Positions 1 through 22,776 are shown, counted from the first letter of the stretch. The stretch: DNA of 64,000 nt from the human T2T-CHM13v2.0 reference genome, Homo sapiens (GCF_009914755.1 NC_060941.1), one strand, 5' to 3'. Numbers and translations: made by a program. The notes: a model not told the origin generated them from the letters alone.

Positions 1-1503
1 GTTAGGGTTTGACTAGCTAATATGCATGTGATTTACAAATTCCTCATGAGTGTGCCTGGGTACACTATGAAGGAAAAAAAAGCCCCGAACTCCAATCATT
101 TAAATAAGAAATTTACAATCTCAGAAATGGAAATTAACAGATAAATCATGGAGTGGCAAATCCCACAAGATAATCTCCTGACCTTCTGGAGTAACTCAGA
201 GAAGCATTACAAAAGAATAACAGAAGAACAAACGAATAACTAAAGAATAATAATAATTCTCCAATTCAGAGAATTGGAGAATTCAGAGCTAAAACAAAAG
301 TAGTTATTCTCTCTCCTTATATTCCAATGAGTACTAATCCAATAACCTACCGATAGCAAGGAAAACCCATCGACAGCATTTATTAAGTGCTGAAATATAC
401 GCCCAGTCATTGGGCTAAGCCTAGAGTGGCACTGGCTTCTGTCTGTGAGTGACGCGAGCCCTGACACCTGCTTCCAGGTCTGGCCCATAGACCTCTTGTT
501 TCTGAGAGCCTGGGTGGCCTTCTCTTCACTTGGGCCAGCCAGGTTAATGATGGCTGGAGGTGAGGAGTTGAGAAACCTCCTTTCTTATTCAGCAGCAAGG
601 AGCACAGCAGTCCCAGGTGGGCCAGGCAGGATGGAAAAAGGCAGTGAAAACCCGGTTTCAAACTCTGCTGCCCACCACGGCTGCTTGACTCCAAGCAAGC
701 ACCTCAGCCCTCTAAGCTGCATAAAAATCCCTGCCTTGCAGGGTAGTTAGGAGAATGGGATGAGGTAATGCTTACAGAGCACCACCCTGCATTACACCAG
801 TGAGGGACGGCACCTGATGAATGATGGCTGCCACCCCTCCACCTCGTCTTTCCCCGTGAACTTCCTCCAGTGGCCAGCCACTGGCTCCAACAACCTGATG
901 TGAAGCTAAATTGCCCACTCAGATCTACTATATTTAAAGCGAAAAGGGAGTTGAGATTTTCAGGCCCCATTCAGAACTAAAACTAGGAGAGAACAAAAGT
1001 AGTATCTGCTGAGTATCTACAACACATCAGGCAATGTGCTATATAGTCCTGACCATTTTCACCAAATCCTCACCCTTAACACAGCCTTGTAAGTACTGAC
1101 ATTTTATAAAAGAAGAAATTGGGGTTCAGAGCAGGTAAGTAACTTGCTTCAGGCCACACCACTTATATGCGGCATAAGTGGCATTTGAACCCAGACCCAC
1201 CTAGATCTGAAGCTCATGCTCCTCCATGTGTTACACATTGGGTATATGATGTCCTATCCACAGGGGACAAAAAAACCCCACTATCATTCAGTTTCTCACC
1301 TGCTCTGAATTCCCATAGTGCTTTACACCTCAAAGGCCTGATCCCACCCTGCTATGCTTTTAGGCCAACACCTTGCCTGCAGGTTGGCAACAACAGGCCT
1401 GTCTTGAAAGATTCCATGGAGTGAAATGGCAGGGTCTTTCGAGCTACGGCTGACACCGCAGGTGCTGGGGAGCAGAGGTGGGGGCAGAAGGCAGCGCACT
1501 CAC

Positions 1504-1647
1504 CCGCCATTCTTCTTGGTCTTAAGGACCATGTCCTTGTTGCACTGTGGGCACTTCCTGATGGGCTCTGGCATGGCTGGGTAGATATCTTCTTGCTGGG
1601 CCAACTCTGTCCCATTCCCAAAGTACTGGGCCAAGGCCTCGTCCAAT
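1504..1647 (-). CDS. TOP3A: TOP3A exon 16 (144 nt), start of the C4 zinc ribbon; gene continues off the left edge
   Basis: LDEALAQYFGNG...IRKCPQCNKDMVLKTKKNGG; AG/GT boundaries. Confidence 0.96.
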
Positions 1648-1904
1648 CTGAAGAAAAGGCAAAGACAGACACCCATCAGCCAGCAATCGCTGCAAAGGCA
1701 CCTACAACACTCTTACATGCACACAACAGGCGTGACCTTGAGAACCAGCTGGTCAGTGAGCCGCAGGCCTCCTGCAGAGAACAGACGGCAGACAGAAGAC
1801 TGAGCTCACCATGGGCCCTGGTGCCGAACCAACTCTTGGGAGGAGAGTCCAGATACAGGCAGATGCTTCTGCTTGTCACCAGCCCACATTAAAAAGTAAA
1901 ACTG

Positions 1905-2187
<283 letters not shown>

Positions 2188-2319
2188 TAAAACTGCACAG
2201 GGTCCATGTACAAACTCCAGGAGTGTCTGTCTGTATTAAGTCTAAACTAGCTCATGCCTGCCTTTTCACAACTGGCATGGGGTACTCTAAAGAACAGAAA
2301 ATAACAAACTGTTATCTTC

Positions 2320-3420
<1,101 letters not shown>

Positions 3421-3799
3421 GTAGAAAACACATCATTTCTAACAAAATACACACATGCTGCTTGCTAAATATCCACCTCTAAATGCTCCAGAAAACAAAT
3501 GGATCACACTCCAGCACTTGGGTTTACTGATTTAAAAGACTTTGTTGCCTAACTCAAGATAATTAATGTGTCATGTAATTAAAGCAGAAAAAAAAAAGAT
3601 AATTAAAATCAAGAGAATGGTATTTCTAAAGCCAATAGTTCAGAATAACTGAAGGAGACTGTTCCGATTACTGTTTCTATACTGACAAAGCTCTATGGAG
3701 AGTTGTAAAAGAACCCAGAGAAGAAAGTCCAAAGAAAAGGGGTATGTGGAAAACCTCCAGGCCAGGAGGCCACTGGTGAGGATGAATCTGGCAGGGTTA

Positions 3800-3943
<144 letters not shown>

Positions 3944-3947
3944 TTAC

Positions 3948-4113
3948 TTCTTTGCTTTAGCCACCGCTTCAATGAAAACCTGCTTGTATTTCTGCACTTG
4001 CTGCCTTAGAACCACAAATTTGTCCTTTTTGCCATCACAGATCAGCTTCAGATCAGCTTCCAGTTCAGCCCGGAGGTCAGGCTTAGACATTTCATAGCCC
4101 ATGGAATCATAAC
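3948..4113 (-). CDS. TOP3A: TOP3A exon 15 (166 nt)
   Basis: YDSMGYEMSKPDLRAELEADLKLICDGKK...AVAKAK; AG/GT boundaries. Confidence 0.96.
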
Positions 4114-4212
4114 CTGCAGGGAGAGAGTCGAGCTCAGTGAGGGCCCACCTGAGACCCTCAGGGACTTGGGCGACACCACCCACTACCCACTGCAAGCTCT
4201 GTCCTCCCTTAC

Positions 4213-4326
4213 CTTCCACAAGTCCCATGCCCAGGTGCCCAGGGAGGAACCGCTTGTCTGGGGTGAGGCCCACGTACATCCGGGCTTTGATGGTCTCGAT
4301 GTGCTCCGCATGAGTGGCATCCGTAC
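4213..4326 (-). CDS. TOP3A: TOP3A exon 14 (114 nt)
   Basis: GTDATHAEHIETIKARMYVGLTPDKRFLPGHLGMGLVEG; AG/GT boundaries. Confidence 0.96.
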
Positions 4327-4722
4327 CTGGAAGCCACTTGCTGGTTACTCTGAGGTAATACAGACAACAGCTCCACCCGGGTGGCGCATGGGCACCTTGC
4401 TCACCCCGGAATCCCTCCTTTGCCTGGACAGCCTATGCAGGTAAGATGCCTTCATTTCATTCCCATATAGCTCATTCAAGAAATCACAATGGCAACCTCA
4501 ACTCTCTTGTTCCCTCACATCCCATTACTCAGGAAAGCTGTCAATTCCAGCTTCAAAGCTCTTTTTAAAAATTCTCTTCCCCATGTGTCCAAGCCATACT
4601 TGCAGCTTGTGTCCCTATTTCTAGTCTCTTCCTCTACCCTAACCATTCTTTAAGCTGTGGCCAAAGGGACCTTTCAAAATGTAGCTCTGCCATGAAGGAA
4701 ATGCAAATTAAAACTGCAGTGA

Positions 4723-8498
<3,776 letters not shown>

Positions 8499-9362
8499 TT
8501 CATACATTTTTATCAAATAAATCATGACGGGTGAACCTCTACTAATTTTACCTAAACCTGCAGGGTTTCTGGATGTCCTAGTGATGGTCAAGGACTTCAC
8601 GTTGAAGCACTGCTTCCCAAGTCATAGGCCTAAGAAACTCCCTTTGTGGATGACGCAGCTGCTTATGTAACACATGCCCAGGGAGCTCTGCTTCCCCTCC
8701 ACTGTGCTGCAGGTATTCCTGGACTAGGTTTGCCAGAGAAAGCCCTTGAGAGCCTTGACAAAAACGAATGGAGGGGACAGCAGATTAGTTACAAGGCCCT
8801 ACCTGCAAAGCTTGAGCCATGGGACTTATCAGCAGGGTCCTGGCACATACATGAGGCCAGCGTGAGCAGCCTGAGTGAGCAGTGTGGGTTCAGACCTGCA
8901 GAGACAGCTGCCACCCTCACCCAATGCTCCACATGGGAAGGAGGCTCAGGGCTCTATCTGACACTTCAAAATGAAGATAGATTTTATGATAACTGTCCCA
9001 AGTTTTAATTGTTGGTTCCTTACATGCTGTTCTTATTCGAAAGAACAACAAATCCTCATGTGGCCAATGGGTGCTCCCAGTTGGGCCCTCAAAGCCATGG
9101 GAAAAGTCTCTGTTACTATGTGGACAGCACAGTGCATGGTTTAAGAGCACTGACTGTGGAGTTATTCAGACCAGGTTTTAATAATACACACTTTGTGAAC
9201 TTAGGTAAGTTCTTAACCTCTCTGAGCCTTATTTCAACTATAAAATGGGATAAAGATATAGCAGCTGCATTAGAGAATGGTTTGAAGACTAGAGGAAACC
9301 TGTACCTGGTACACTGTAAGCCTTAGCTCAAGAGATGCGAGTTACCCAGAGGAGCCACTGAC

Positions 9363-9492
9363 CAATGCCATGCTTCTCCATGAGGGCAATGAGGTCGGCC
9401 TCGGTGAGCAGCTTGGGTGGGCTGGTCTCCCCGTCCACCATCTCCACGGTGCTGGGCTGAAAGTGGGATCCTTGCTCATAGACAGGGAGGAT
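9363..9492 (-). CDS. TOP3A: TOP3A exon 13 (130 nt)
   Basis: ILPVYEQGSHF...TSPPKLLTEADLIALMEKHGIG; AG/GT boundaries. Confidence 0.96.
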
Positions 9493-9647
9493 CTACAGGG
9501 AGCGGCAGGTGCAACAGTCAGATGATTCCATCAGCACACTCAGGCAAAAAATAACCTCATTTCAAGGAACATGATCCTGCTCCACTAGAGAACTCAGGGC
9601 TCACAACACAACTGTCCTCCCTCTCACTGGGGACCACTCTTTATTAC

Positions 9648-9833
9648 CTTGTCACTCCAGTGATCATATGGATACACATCCAGATAGTTTCGGGCCAGAA
9701 TCATGAGGCCATGGGCCACAAAGCGTTCCTGAGCGATGTCGATCTCCACTGTGGTCTCCTGCCCCTGAGCATCCTGGGAGCAGCAAGCCAGGAAATGGCG
9801 AACAATAAACTCGTACAGTCGCTGTTCATCTCC
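9648..9833 (-). CDS. TOP3A: TOP3A exon 12 (186 nt)
   Basis: [19 protein letters not shown]...YPYDHWSDK; AG/GT boundaries. Confidence 0.96.
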
Positions 9834-10518
9834 CTAGGAAGAAAAGAGGAGTATGAAACTCCCCCTAGAATATCACCTCTCAAGGACAGGAGCATCACTG
9901 GTAGCCTTAGCCTAATGTCCTGCACAGAAGAGGCCACACTGCTCCTCAGGCCCTGCACTAACATGGAGTGCCAGGCAAACAAGTCCTGGGGAGAGGATGG
10001 GTTTAGGTTGACACATCTCACAACTCAAATCTGGCAAAGATAAGCAAAGGAGTCATCTTCCCTTCCAGACTGGGAAGTGGTTCTTTGATGTAAACGCAAT
10101 CTAAGCAGAAAACAAGATGAAAGCGTAAGAAGTTAGCAAGACACTCCTCAAATACAAGAGACAGCAACATTGCACCTGGTGGCCTTAGCCCAACTTCATG
10201 CACACATTTAAGCAGTAATTTTCAGGGTAATTTTCAATTAGGTAATCAATGATTTAGTGAGCCTCAGTCTATCAAAAGCCCATGAGACATTTATACACAT
10301 ATCCAATAATTCCCCTTCTAAGGATTTCTTCAAAGGAAATAACTGGAGAACCACAAAAATATTTATGTCTACAAATGTTAACTATAGTATCAAAAACACA
10401 CAAAAAACAGATTTGGCAAAATAAATTATGGCACATCTTTGTAATTGTTAAATATCATGCTTAATAGGCAATTTTACCCCCTTATAAACTTTTGTATTTC
10501 TTAATTTGTCTAAAATGA

Positions 10519-10644
<126 letters not shown>

Positions 10645-10881
10645 TGAGAGTTGGGACTACAGGCACATGCCACCCCGTCCAACTAATTTTTCTATTTCTA
10701 GTAGAGATGGGGTTTCACCATGTTGGCCAAGATGGTCTCAATTTCCTGACCTCGTGATCTACCCGCCTTGTCCTCCCACAGTGTTGGGATTACAAGCATA
10801 AGCCACCGCGTCCGGCCATATTTTTAAAATCAGAAAGAATGTATTTTATTAAAAGAAGGAGGAGAAGAACAAAAGACTAAG

Positions 10882-10963
10882 ATTTCCCCAGCTTTGTGAG
10901 AAGCCTACAGATGTAAACAAGCATTTCCCCAACTTTGTGAGAAGCCTACAGATGTAAACAAGC
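10882..10963. repeat. 41-bp tandem duplication (2 copies, 1 mismatch)
   Basis: atttcccca(g/a)ctttgtgagaagcctacagatgtaaacaagc x2. Confidence 0.95.
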
Positions 10964-11450
10964 CTAATGGCTCCTGTGCCTGCAGAGCCTGCCCCTGGCT
11001 GAGGAAATGACTGAGACAGACAAGCAGAGCTGTGTGGGAAACTGCAGTGACAGGGGGTGGCACGACTGGGGTGGCAGCAAAGTTTCAGGAGGCAACCAAA
11101 ACTGAGCCAGCCTTGGGAGGATGGATAGAATTCTCTAGTTCCAGGGACTGGGAAGGCCACAAGGCTCACAGTGGAGGTGGGGGTCTGCACAGGGGTTGCC
11201 TATGAAGGACTAGCAGGGAAGCAGCAGGAGCTGATGGAGAGTGGGATGTGGAGCTGGATTAAGACGGGGGCCCACCACGGGGAGGGATGAGGCGGTCTTT
11301 ATCAAAGCCAGGCAGAGGATTGTGAAATGAGAGAGATCTCAAAATCACTTGTTTTTACAATCACAGCCCACAGAGTAAATTCAAACCTTACTACTGACCC
11401 CCAGCACTTCCCTATGGGTTCCAGCAGGCAGTACATTCAGGGAAACCAAC

Positions 11451-11658
11451 CTGTAAGTTGTTGGTGTATTTGGTGGGGTGAATGGGAGGGTGAGCTTGGT
11501 CAGACTTGTTCCCATTGCGTGGGGTGGGACCACCCCGCTCTAGAATGCTCTGGGCAAAGGCCCCCCAGCGTGGATCGGGGGTCTGCTGTTCCACCAACAC
11601 CGTCAGGTTTAAGTCTCTGGGAAAAATGTTTGTTTCTGTTCGGGGATAGCTGATGTAC
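11451..11658 (-). CDS. TOP3A: TOP3A exon 11 (208 nt), catalytic Tyr362 (codon 11646-11648)
   Basis: GYISYPRTET active-site motif and AHPPIHPT motif of type IA topoisomerases; AG/GT boundaries. Confidence 0.97.
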
Positions 11659-12054
11659 CTAAAACCAAGGCAAACAAACAGAAAAAGAAATTGCTAGGCT
11701 CTCTGATTGGTCTATAAACAACTGAAAGCACACACTAACACCTGCAAACACTCATCTGATGTAGCCAACTCAACTGAAGGCAGCCTACATTACCTGCTTC
11801 AGAAAAGTTCTGAGATGAGATGCACCCCCTCATGGGATGAAAAGCAGCTGGCTCTCCTGCTAGCACACTCAAAGAAGCCAAAAGGGGCAGCACAGCACAG
11901 GAAAAAGGCCAGCAGCCTCATAGCCTGGGGCTTGTCACTGGCCACTCTGAGGGTCAGTCTGACAGACCAGCCCTGATGCAGCACATGAGACTCACTGACC
12001 CTGACAAGTTCCACCAGCGTGTGCTTCAAGACTTTTCTTAGAGTACACAAAGAA

Positions 12055-12856
<802 letters not shown>

Positions 12857-13022
12857 TTAGAGGACCTCAGTGCTGGGGTGTATATGACTGGGGCGGGGAG
12901 GAGTTTCACAGGCAAACAACTTTTAAAGGTGCCACCCACTGTCTGCCACTTGCCAGGGCCACAGGGAGATGGCTGAGGAGTCAAAAGTAAGATCTGAATC
13001 TACTCTATGGGTTTTTACATAG

Positions 13023-13370
<348 letters not shown>

Positions 13371-13508
13371 TGATCTGCCCGCCTCAGCCACCCAAAGTGA
13401 TGGGATTACAGGTGTGAGCCACCGTGCCCAACCCATAAACTCTATTTCTCAAATATTTCATCCTGATAAAGACGGTTCAAATTCTACTCCCAAACCCAAA
13501 ATACTTAC

Positions 13509-13591
13509 CCTTGAGTGTAGAGCTTCTCAGCAATCCTCATGGTTTCTTTAGCATTTATTCTCAACTTTCGAGAAGCCAGCTTCTCAAGCTC
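13509..13591 (-). CDS. TOP3A: TOP3A exon 10 (83 nt)
   Basis: ELEKLASRKLRINAKETMRIAEKLYTQG; AG/GT boundaries. Confidence 0.96.
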
Positions 13592-13847
13592 CTGTGAAAT
13601 GGGTCAACAGGCATGTTAGGTGTACTGCATGGGTCAGGCAGCACAACTCAAATACACAACTCATCTTCAGTCAAATCTGGCCCGTGTCACTCCAGGTGCT
13701 TCTGTCAAACAGAGCTGAAAAGGCTGCCCAACAACGATTTCTGGGCCTGCCAAGCAGAGTCAGATCCTAGCCTAGTGGTTCTCAGACTTTAATGTGTGCA
13801 GGACTCAACTGGGAAGCCAGCAGATTTGGGGCCCTGACCACTGGGGA

Positions 13848-14872
<1,025 letters not shown>

Positions 14873-15190
14873 GAAATCTACATTTTTTAACAAGCAGTCT
14901 AATACACTGCTTTAACACAGACAGTCTGAGAACCACACTTTGGGAATACCACCCAAGCCCCAGTAAATTCTCCTGGAGGGTGAAAATAATGAGCTGTTCT
15001 TTTCCCTAGGTGACAAGCTAACAATGCTGATGACTATACGTCACACTACAGCACACTTAACCAGGGAGGACTAAAACACATATGCCTACTATATAAAATC
15101 AATGCAGCTGGGCACGGTGGGTCATGCCTCTAATCCCAGCACTTTGGGAGGCCGAGGCGGGCGGATCACAAGTTCAATAGATTGAGACTA

Positions 15191-15453
<263 letters not shown>

Positions 15454-15949
15454 TTATTGTGGCTTGACCAAGACAAAAGAACGCACTGACCACCAGTCCC
15501 TGTGTGCTTCTTAGCCTCCATGCTTGTTAGCCTGAGTGTTCTGTATGTCCAACCTCCAGAGTGAATTCTAATAGTAATTCTATCCCAAATTTTCCTGCTA
15601 AGTGGTGACTGAGAAGGCATACTCCTAATGTGATTTACTCAGACTTATGTTCTGTCAGGGTGGCTCTTTCTGGGGTCAAATAATTTGAGAAGCCCTGTTC
15701 TAAAGTAGGTTCATATAGCAGATTATTTAAAGCAATATTTATACAGATTATACAGCAACATGAAAAAAATGCTTGGGTGGAAAAGCTACTCTAATTATAA
15801 TGCTGTAAAAATATGCATATTAAAAAACAGGAAGAGATACTAGTAATTATGTAAGGATGGTGAAGCCATAGGTTGTCTTCCTCTTTTTGTTTCCCAAACC
15901 TCATACAATGCAGTTATATTGCATTTGTTAACAAAAACAACAAAAAAAA

Positions 15950-17935
<1,986 letters not shown>

Positions 17936-18364
17936 ACAGGCCAAGCAGTGGTTGGGTGTGGTGGCTTATGCCTGTAATCCCAGTACTTTGGGAGGCTGGG
18001 GCTGGAGAATCACTTGAGGCCAGAAGCTTGAGACTAGCCTAGTCAACATAGTGAGATTCCATCTCTACCAAAAAATTTTAAAAATAATTAGCTGGTCATA
18101 GTGGTACATGACTATAGTCCCAGCTACTTGGGAGGCTGAGGTGGGAAGATCTCTTGAGCCCAGAAGTTTGAGTCTACAAAAACAAAATAAACAAAAAAAC
18201 AAACAGTGAGGCTAAGCAGGACCGTGTCTTTCTCCAGTGTTTTCTTGTGTGGCCTGGTGATGGGTGATATTTTCTTCCACCAAGCCACAGTCTAGGCGGT
18301 AGAACCACAGCCTCAAAACAGTAAGTGTTCCCCGAGTGCCTGAAACAGCCTGTCTGGAACATAC

Positions 18365-18439
18365 CACAGTGTCCAAGGCTTGAGGCCGCCACTTGCTCTT
18401 GGGCTTAGATCTGACCTCTACCACAGTTGCCATGGGATC
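18365..18439 (-). CDS. TOP3A: TOP3A exon 9 (75 nt)
   Basis: DPMATVVEVRSKPKSKWRPQALDTV; AG/GT boundaries. Confidence 0.96.
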
Positions 18440-18893
18440 CTAGAAAGCCAGGAAAGAAAAGACCATGTTAACCTGTTAGTGCATCATCTCCATCCTTCCT
18501 ATGGATAGCCCATGCCAATCCTTCTAGATCACACTGACCACCGCCAGCTAAGCCCGCAGTGACAGCCTAGAAGAGTGCCCCACTTAATGTCGCTTGTAGC
18601 TGACAGTATGGTAGACACCATCACTACTTTCCCACTCAAACCAAGATTGTGAAGGGCAATTTCACAAGCCTTAAGGTGCTTCCACCAGAGCCTATGAAAT
18701 CCAACAGCCTATGCATCACCTGAGTACAGTTTTCTATGTACACGTGCACAGTGCTCTTTCTGTTGTTGTTTTCTTTAAAATACAGAGATGGGGTCTTGCT
18801 ATGTTGCCCAGGCTGGCCCAGAAGTCCTGGGCTCAAGCAATACTCCCATAAGCCACCATGCTTGGCCCAGTGCTCCTTTAAAAAAAAAATTCA

Positions 18894-19595
<702 letters not shown>

Positions 19596-20690
19596 TAATT
19601 GTACAGTGTCACAGAGACTCCCAGTGGTCCAGGGTCAAAGGGTGGAGTGAGAGAGAGATGGAGAAGGCAGCATGGTCTGCAGAAGGGGCAGGGACACACT
19701 AGGACTCTGCCATGTACAGCTCTCACGTGTCTGTGGGTTAAGTCTCTTCACTTTCTTTAGCTTCCTCATCTGGAAAATGTGGATGCTATCACTGCCTTCA
19801 GAGGCATTATTAGGATTAAACAAAACAACACATAACGAAGTGTACCTGGTCCATAGCGGGTGCTGCACAGTTATCACATCCCTTTGCCTAATTAGTAACA
19901 AATCTGCCAGTGGGCTACAGCCAAGAAGCACACCATGAATTAAGCCTAGAGAGCTCGGAATTTTACTTAAGCATGACTCTGTGCAGCCCCTGGGTTAAAC
20001 CAGGCTGTTATGTGCTAATAGGAAGTGGCATCAGAAAGTAAACAATCAGCCCAAGGGCCAGGAAACATTAGGGTGGGTCCCAACTCTGCCACCAACTGGC
20101 CTATGACCCGGGCCAGTCTTGCTCCCTTCTATGACACATGCGTGTCCCACCCACCCCGCCAGCCCTTTCCCTAATCTCTCCAGCCTCTGCTCAAGTGTTA
20201 CCCCTCCCCTCACTGTCCCTCCGGCCTTTCTCTATCCCTTTACCTTGCTTTATTTTCTTCCTAGCTTTTATCACTATATAAAATTAGCCCACTAATTTGT
20301 GACTTTCACTTCTCTAGATGTCCTCATGTGACCAATAAAGAGGGGGCTGAGCCAAATGCTGTTCATTCTCTCCTAGCTCTATAAGTCAATGACCTGGACT
20401 GGTCTAGATAATCCTTGCTAATTTCTGGTGATAGTATATGCCCCAAGAGGGGATTTCAACTATACGTTTCCCAAAATTTCTGATTTTATCTAAAAATAAT
20501 GTAGATACTTCCCTTTTCCTTTTAGTGCTGTTCTCATGGGGTTCGTCTTATTGGTTCCCAAAAAGTGATCCCCTGAGATGCAAACTTAAAGCTAAAGTCC
20601 AATGGGAGAATGAGACAGATCACCTCTGCCGACAGTGGGAGTGGTTTGGGAGGTGTGCAGAATGTTTCCTAGATCATTAGGGGTTCTTAC

Positions 20691-20791
20691 CTCCACACAC
20701 AACTGATAGAGAACTAGGCAAGCCGTGTGGTTAAAGAGTCGATGCCTTTTCCAGTTGAATTCTACGATACCATCTTTGTGGTCATGAGTTA
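20691..20791 (-). CDS. TOP3A: TOP3A exon 8 (101 nt)
   Basis: VTHDHKDGIVEFNWKRHRLFNHTACLVLYQLCVE; AG/GT boundaries. Confidence 0.96.
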
Positions 20792-21069
20792 CTATATTAA
20801 GGAGAGACAAACAGAAAGGCTGTGTCTCAGAGACATGTCATGATATGACAGATAGAAAAAGGTTTATTGTGGTGAAAGTCAAACGAATATCAAATAGGGA
20901 GGAGTTTCTGGATAACAAAGGGAACTTTAAGTGGATTGTAATGGGCCAGGGAGGATGACAGCAAGACTAAAATAAATCACATCTTTATTAGTGCTATTAA
21001 TGCTCACAGTCCCCCTCCTTAACCTTGAGCCCATAGGTCCCAGGCCATAACACCCACTCCAGGCCCTAC

Positions 21070-21240
21070 CTTTAATTCTGTGGAAGATTTCTGGTACAAA
21101 AGCCTGAATGGCTTTGAACCGCTCCACCACAAAGCCCAGTGTGGGGAACTGGCAGCTGCCGTAACTGATGAGCTGCTCTGCCAGCACCTCAGGAAAAATC
21201 CTCTGAAGCCGCAGGGTCTGGAACCTAGTAAAGGCAGCTC
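21070..21240 (-). CDS. TOP3A: TOP3A exon 7 (171 nt)
   Basis: [12 protein letters not shown]...[16 protein letters not shown]...FHRIK; AG/GT boundaries. Confidence 0.96.
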
Positions 21241-21385
21241 CTGGAGAGTGAAGGAGAGTGAAGGAAGGTGAAAATGATGGATAATGAGAGTCCAGGGCTG
21301 GCTGCACATATCGACACAGAGCCCATTTTTGGTCCCATAACACAACATTAATGTGGCCATGGGAGAGGTCTGCCTAGCTCCTCAC

Positions 21386-21529
21386 CAATCCTCAGGTCCA
21401 GCTCCTGCCTCACATCCACAGCATCGCTCACCCTCTGATCAGGCTCGGTCAGGTTTTCACAAGCTGTCCTGACGGCATGGGGTGTGATCTCAGAGAATCG
21501 GGCTCGCAACACCTGCAGATTGGGCTTTA
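21386..21529 (-). CDS. TOP3A: TOP3A exon 6 (144 nt)
   Basis: VKPNLQVLRARFSEIT...RQELDLRIG; AG/GT boundaries. Confidence 0.96.
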
Positions 21530-21769
21530 CTGCAGAACACAAGGTGTTACCAAGGTCAAAGTCAAATCACACTGCCCTCCATCATAAAGGACTCACTTTT
21601 CTTAAAGCCCCTTGAAATAAAGGCAAACCAGTTCAAGAAGCTGTGAGATGACCAATTTACCTATTAGGTTAAATCAATGGTGTACAGTGTCTAAAGAGGA
21701 AACATCACCATAACCTTTAAACTGAGTGTACTGTCAGAAATAGTGATGGAGTTAATTTTAGCTAGTAAC

Positions 21770-22746
21770 TGTGGGGAAAAGAGAGATCAGATCGTTACTG
21801 TGTCTAGTAGAAAAAGGAAGACATAAAGAAACTCCATTTTGATCTGTACTAAGAAAAATTGTTCTGCTTTGAGATGCTGTTAATAATCTGTGACTTGTCC
21901 CAACCCTGTGCTCACAAAAACATGTGCTGTATTGACTCAAGGTTTAAAGGATTTAGGCCTGTGCAGGATGTGCTTTGTTAAAAATGTGTTTGCAGGCAGT
22001 ACGCTTTGTGAAAGTCATCGCCATTCTCCACTCTCTATTAACCAGAGACACAATGCACTGTGGAAGGCCGCAGGGACCCCTGCCCAAGAAAGCCTGGGTA
22101 TTGTCAAGGTTTCCCCCGACTGAGACAGCCTGAGATATGGCCTCGTGGGAAGGGAAAGACTTACAGCCCCCCAGCCCGACACTCGTAAAGGGTCAGTGCT
22201 GAGGAGGATTAGTGAAAGAGTAAGGCCTCTATGCGGTTGAGATAAGAAGGCATCTGTCTCCTGCACGTCTCTGGGAATGGAATGACTCGGTGTACAACCG
22301 ACCATATATTCTATTCTGAGATAGGAGAAAACCACCTTATGGCTGGAGGCGAGACATCACGGCGGCAATACTGCTCTGTTACTCTTTACTGCACTGAGAT
22401 GTTTATGTAAAGGTAAACATAAATCTAGCCTACGTGCACATCCAGGCACAGCACCTTCCCTTAAACTTATTTATGACACAGTCTTTTGTTTGTTTTCCTG
22501 CTGACCCTCTCCCCACCAACACCCTATAGTCACACTGCATTCCCCTCCCTGAGATAGTAAAGATAGTGATTGATAAATACTGAGGAACTGAGACCAGCAC
22601 TGGTGTAGGTCTTCACTTGCTGAGCGCCGGTCCCCTGGGCCCACTTTTCTTCCCCTTTACTTTGTGTGTGTCTTCTTTCTTTTCTCAGTCTCTCGTCTCC
22701 ACCTTGTGAGAAATACCCACAGGTGTGGAGGGGCAGGCCCCCTCCA
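21770..22746 (+). mobile_element. Solo HERV-K(HML-2) LTR5 (LTR5A/LTR5B-type) in TOP3A intron 5
   Basis: TGTGGGGAAAAGAGAGATCAG...GGTGTGGAGGGGCAGG..CA, 977 bp with TG...CA ends; TSD gtaac/ataac; homologous to the SINE-R of both SVAs. Confidence 0.92.
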
Positions 22747-22776
22747 ATAACTAAAATACTAAAATGCTCTTGGTGA

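Noticed and set aside
1-10. TTAGGG at the window start
   Set aside because: A single hexamer; not a telomeric array.
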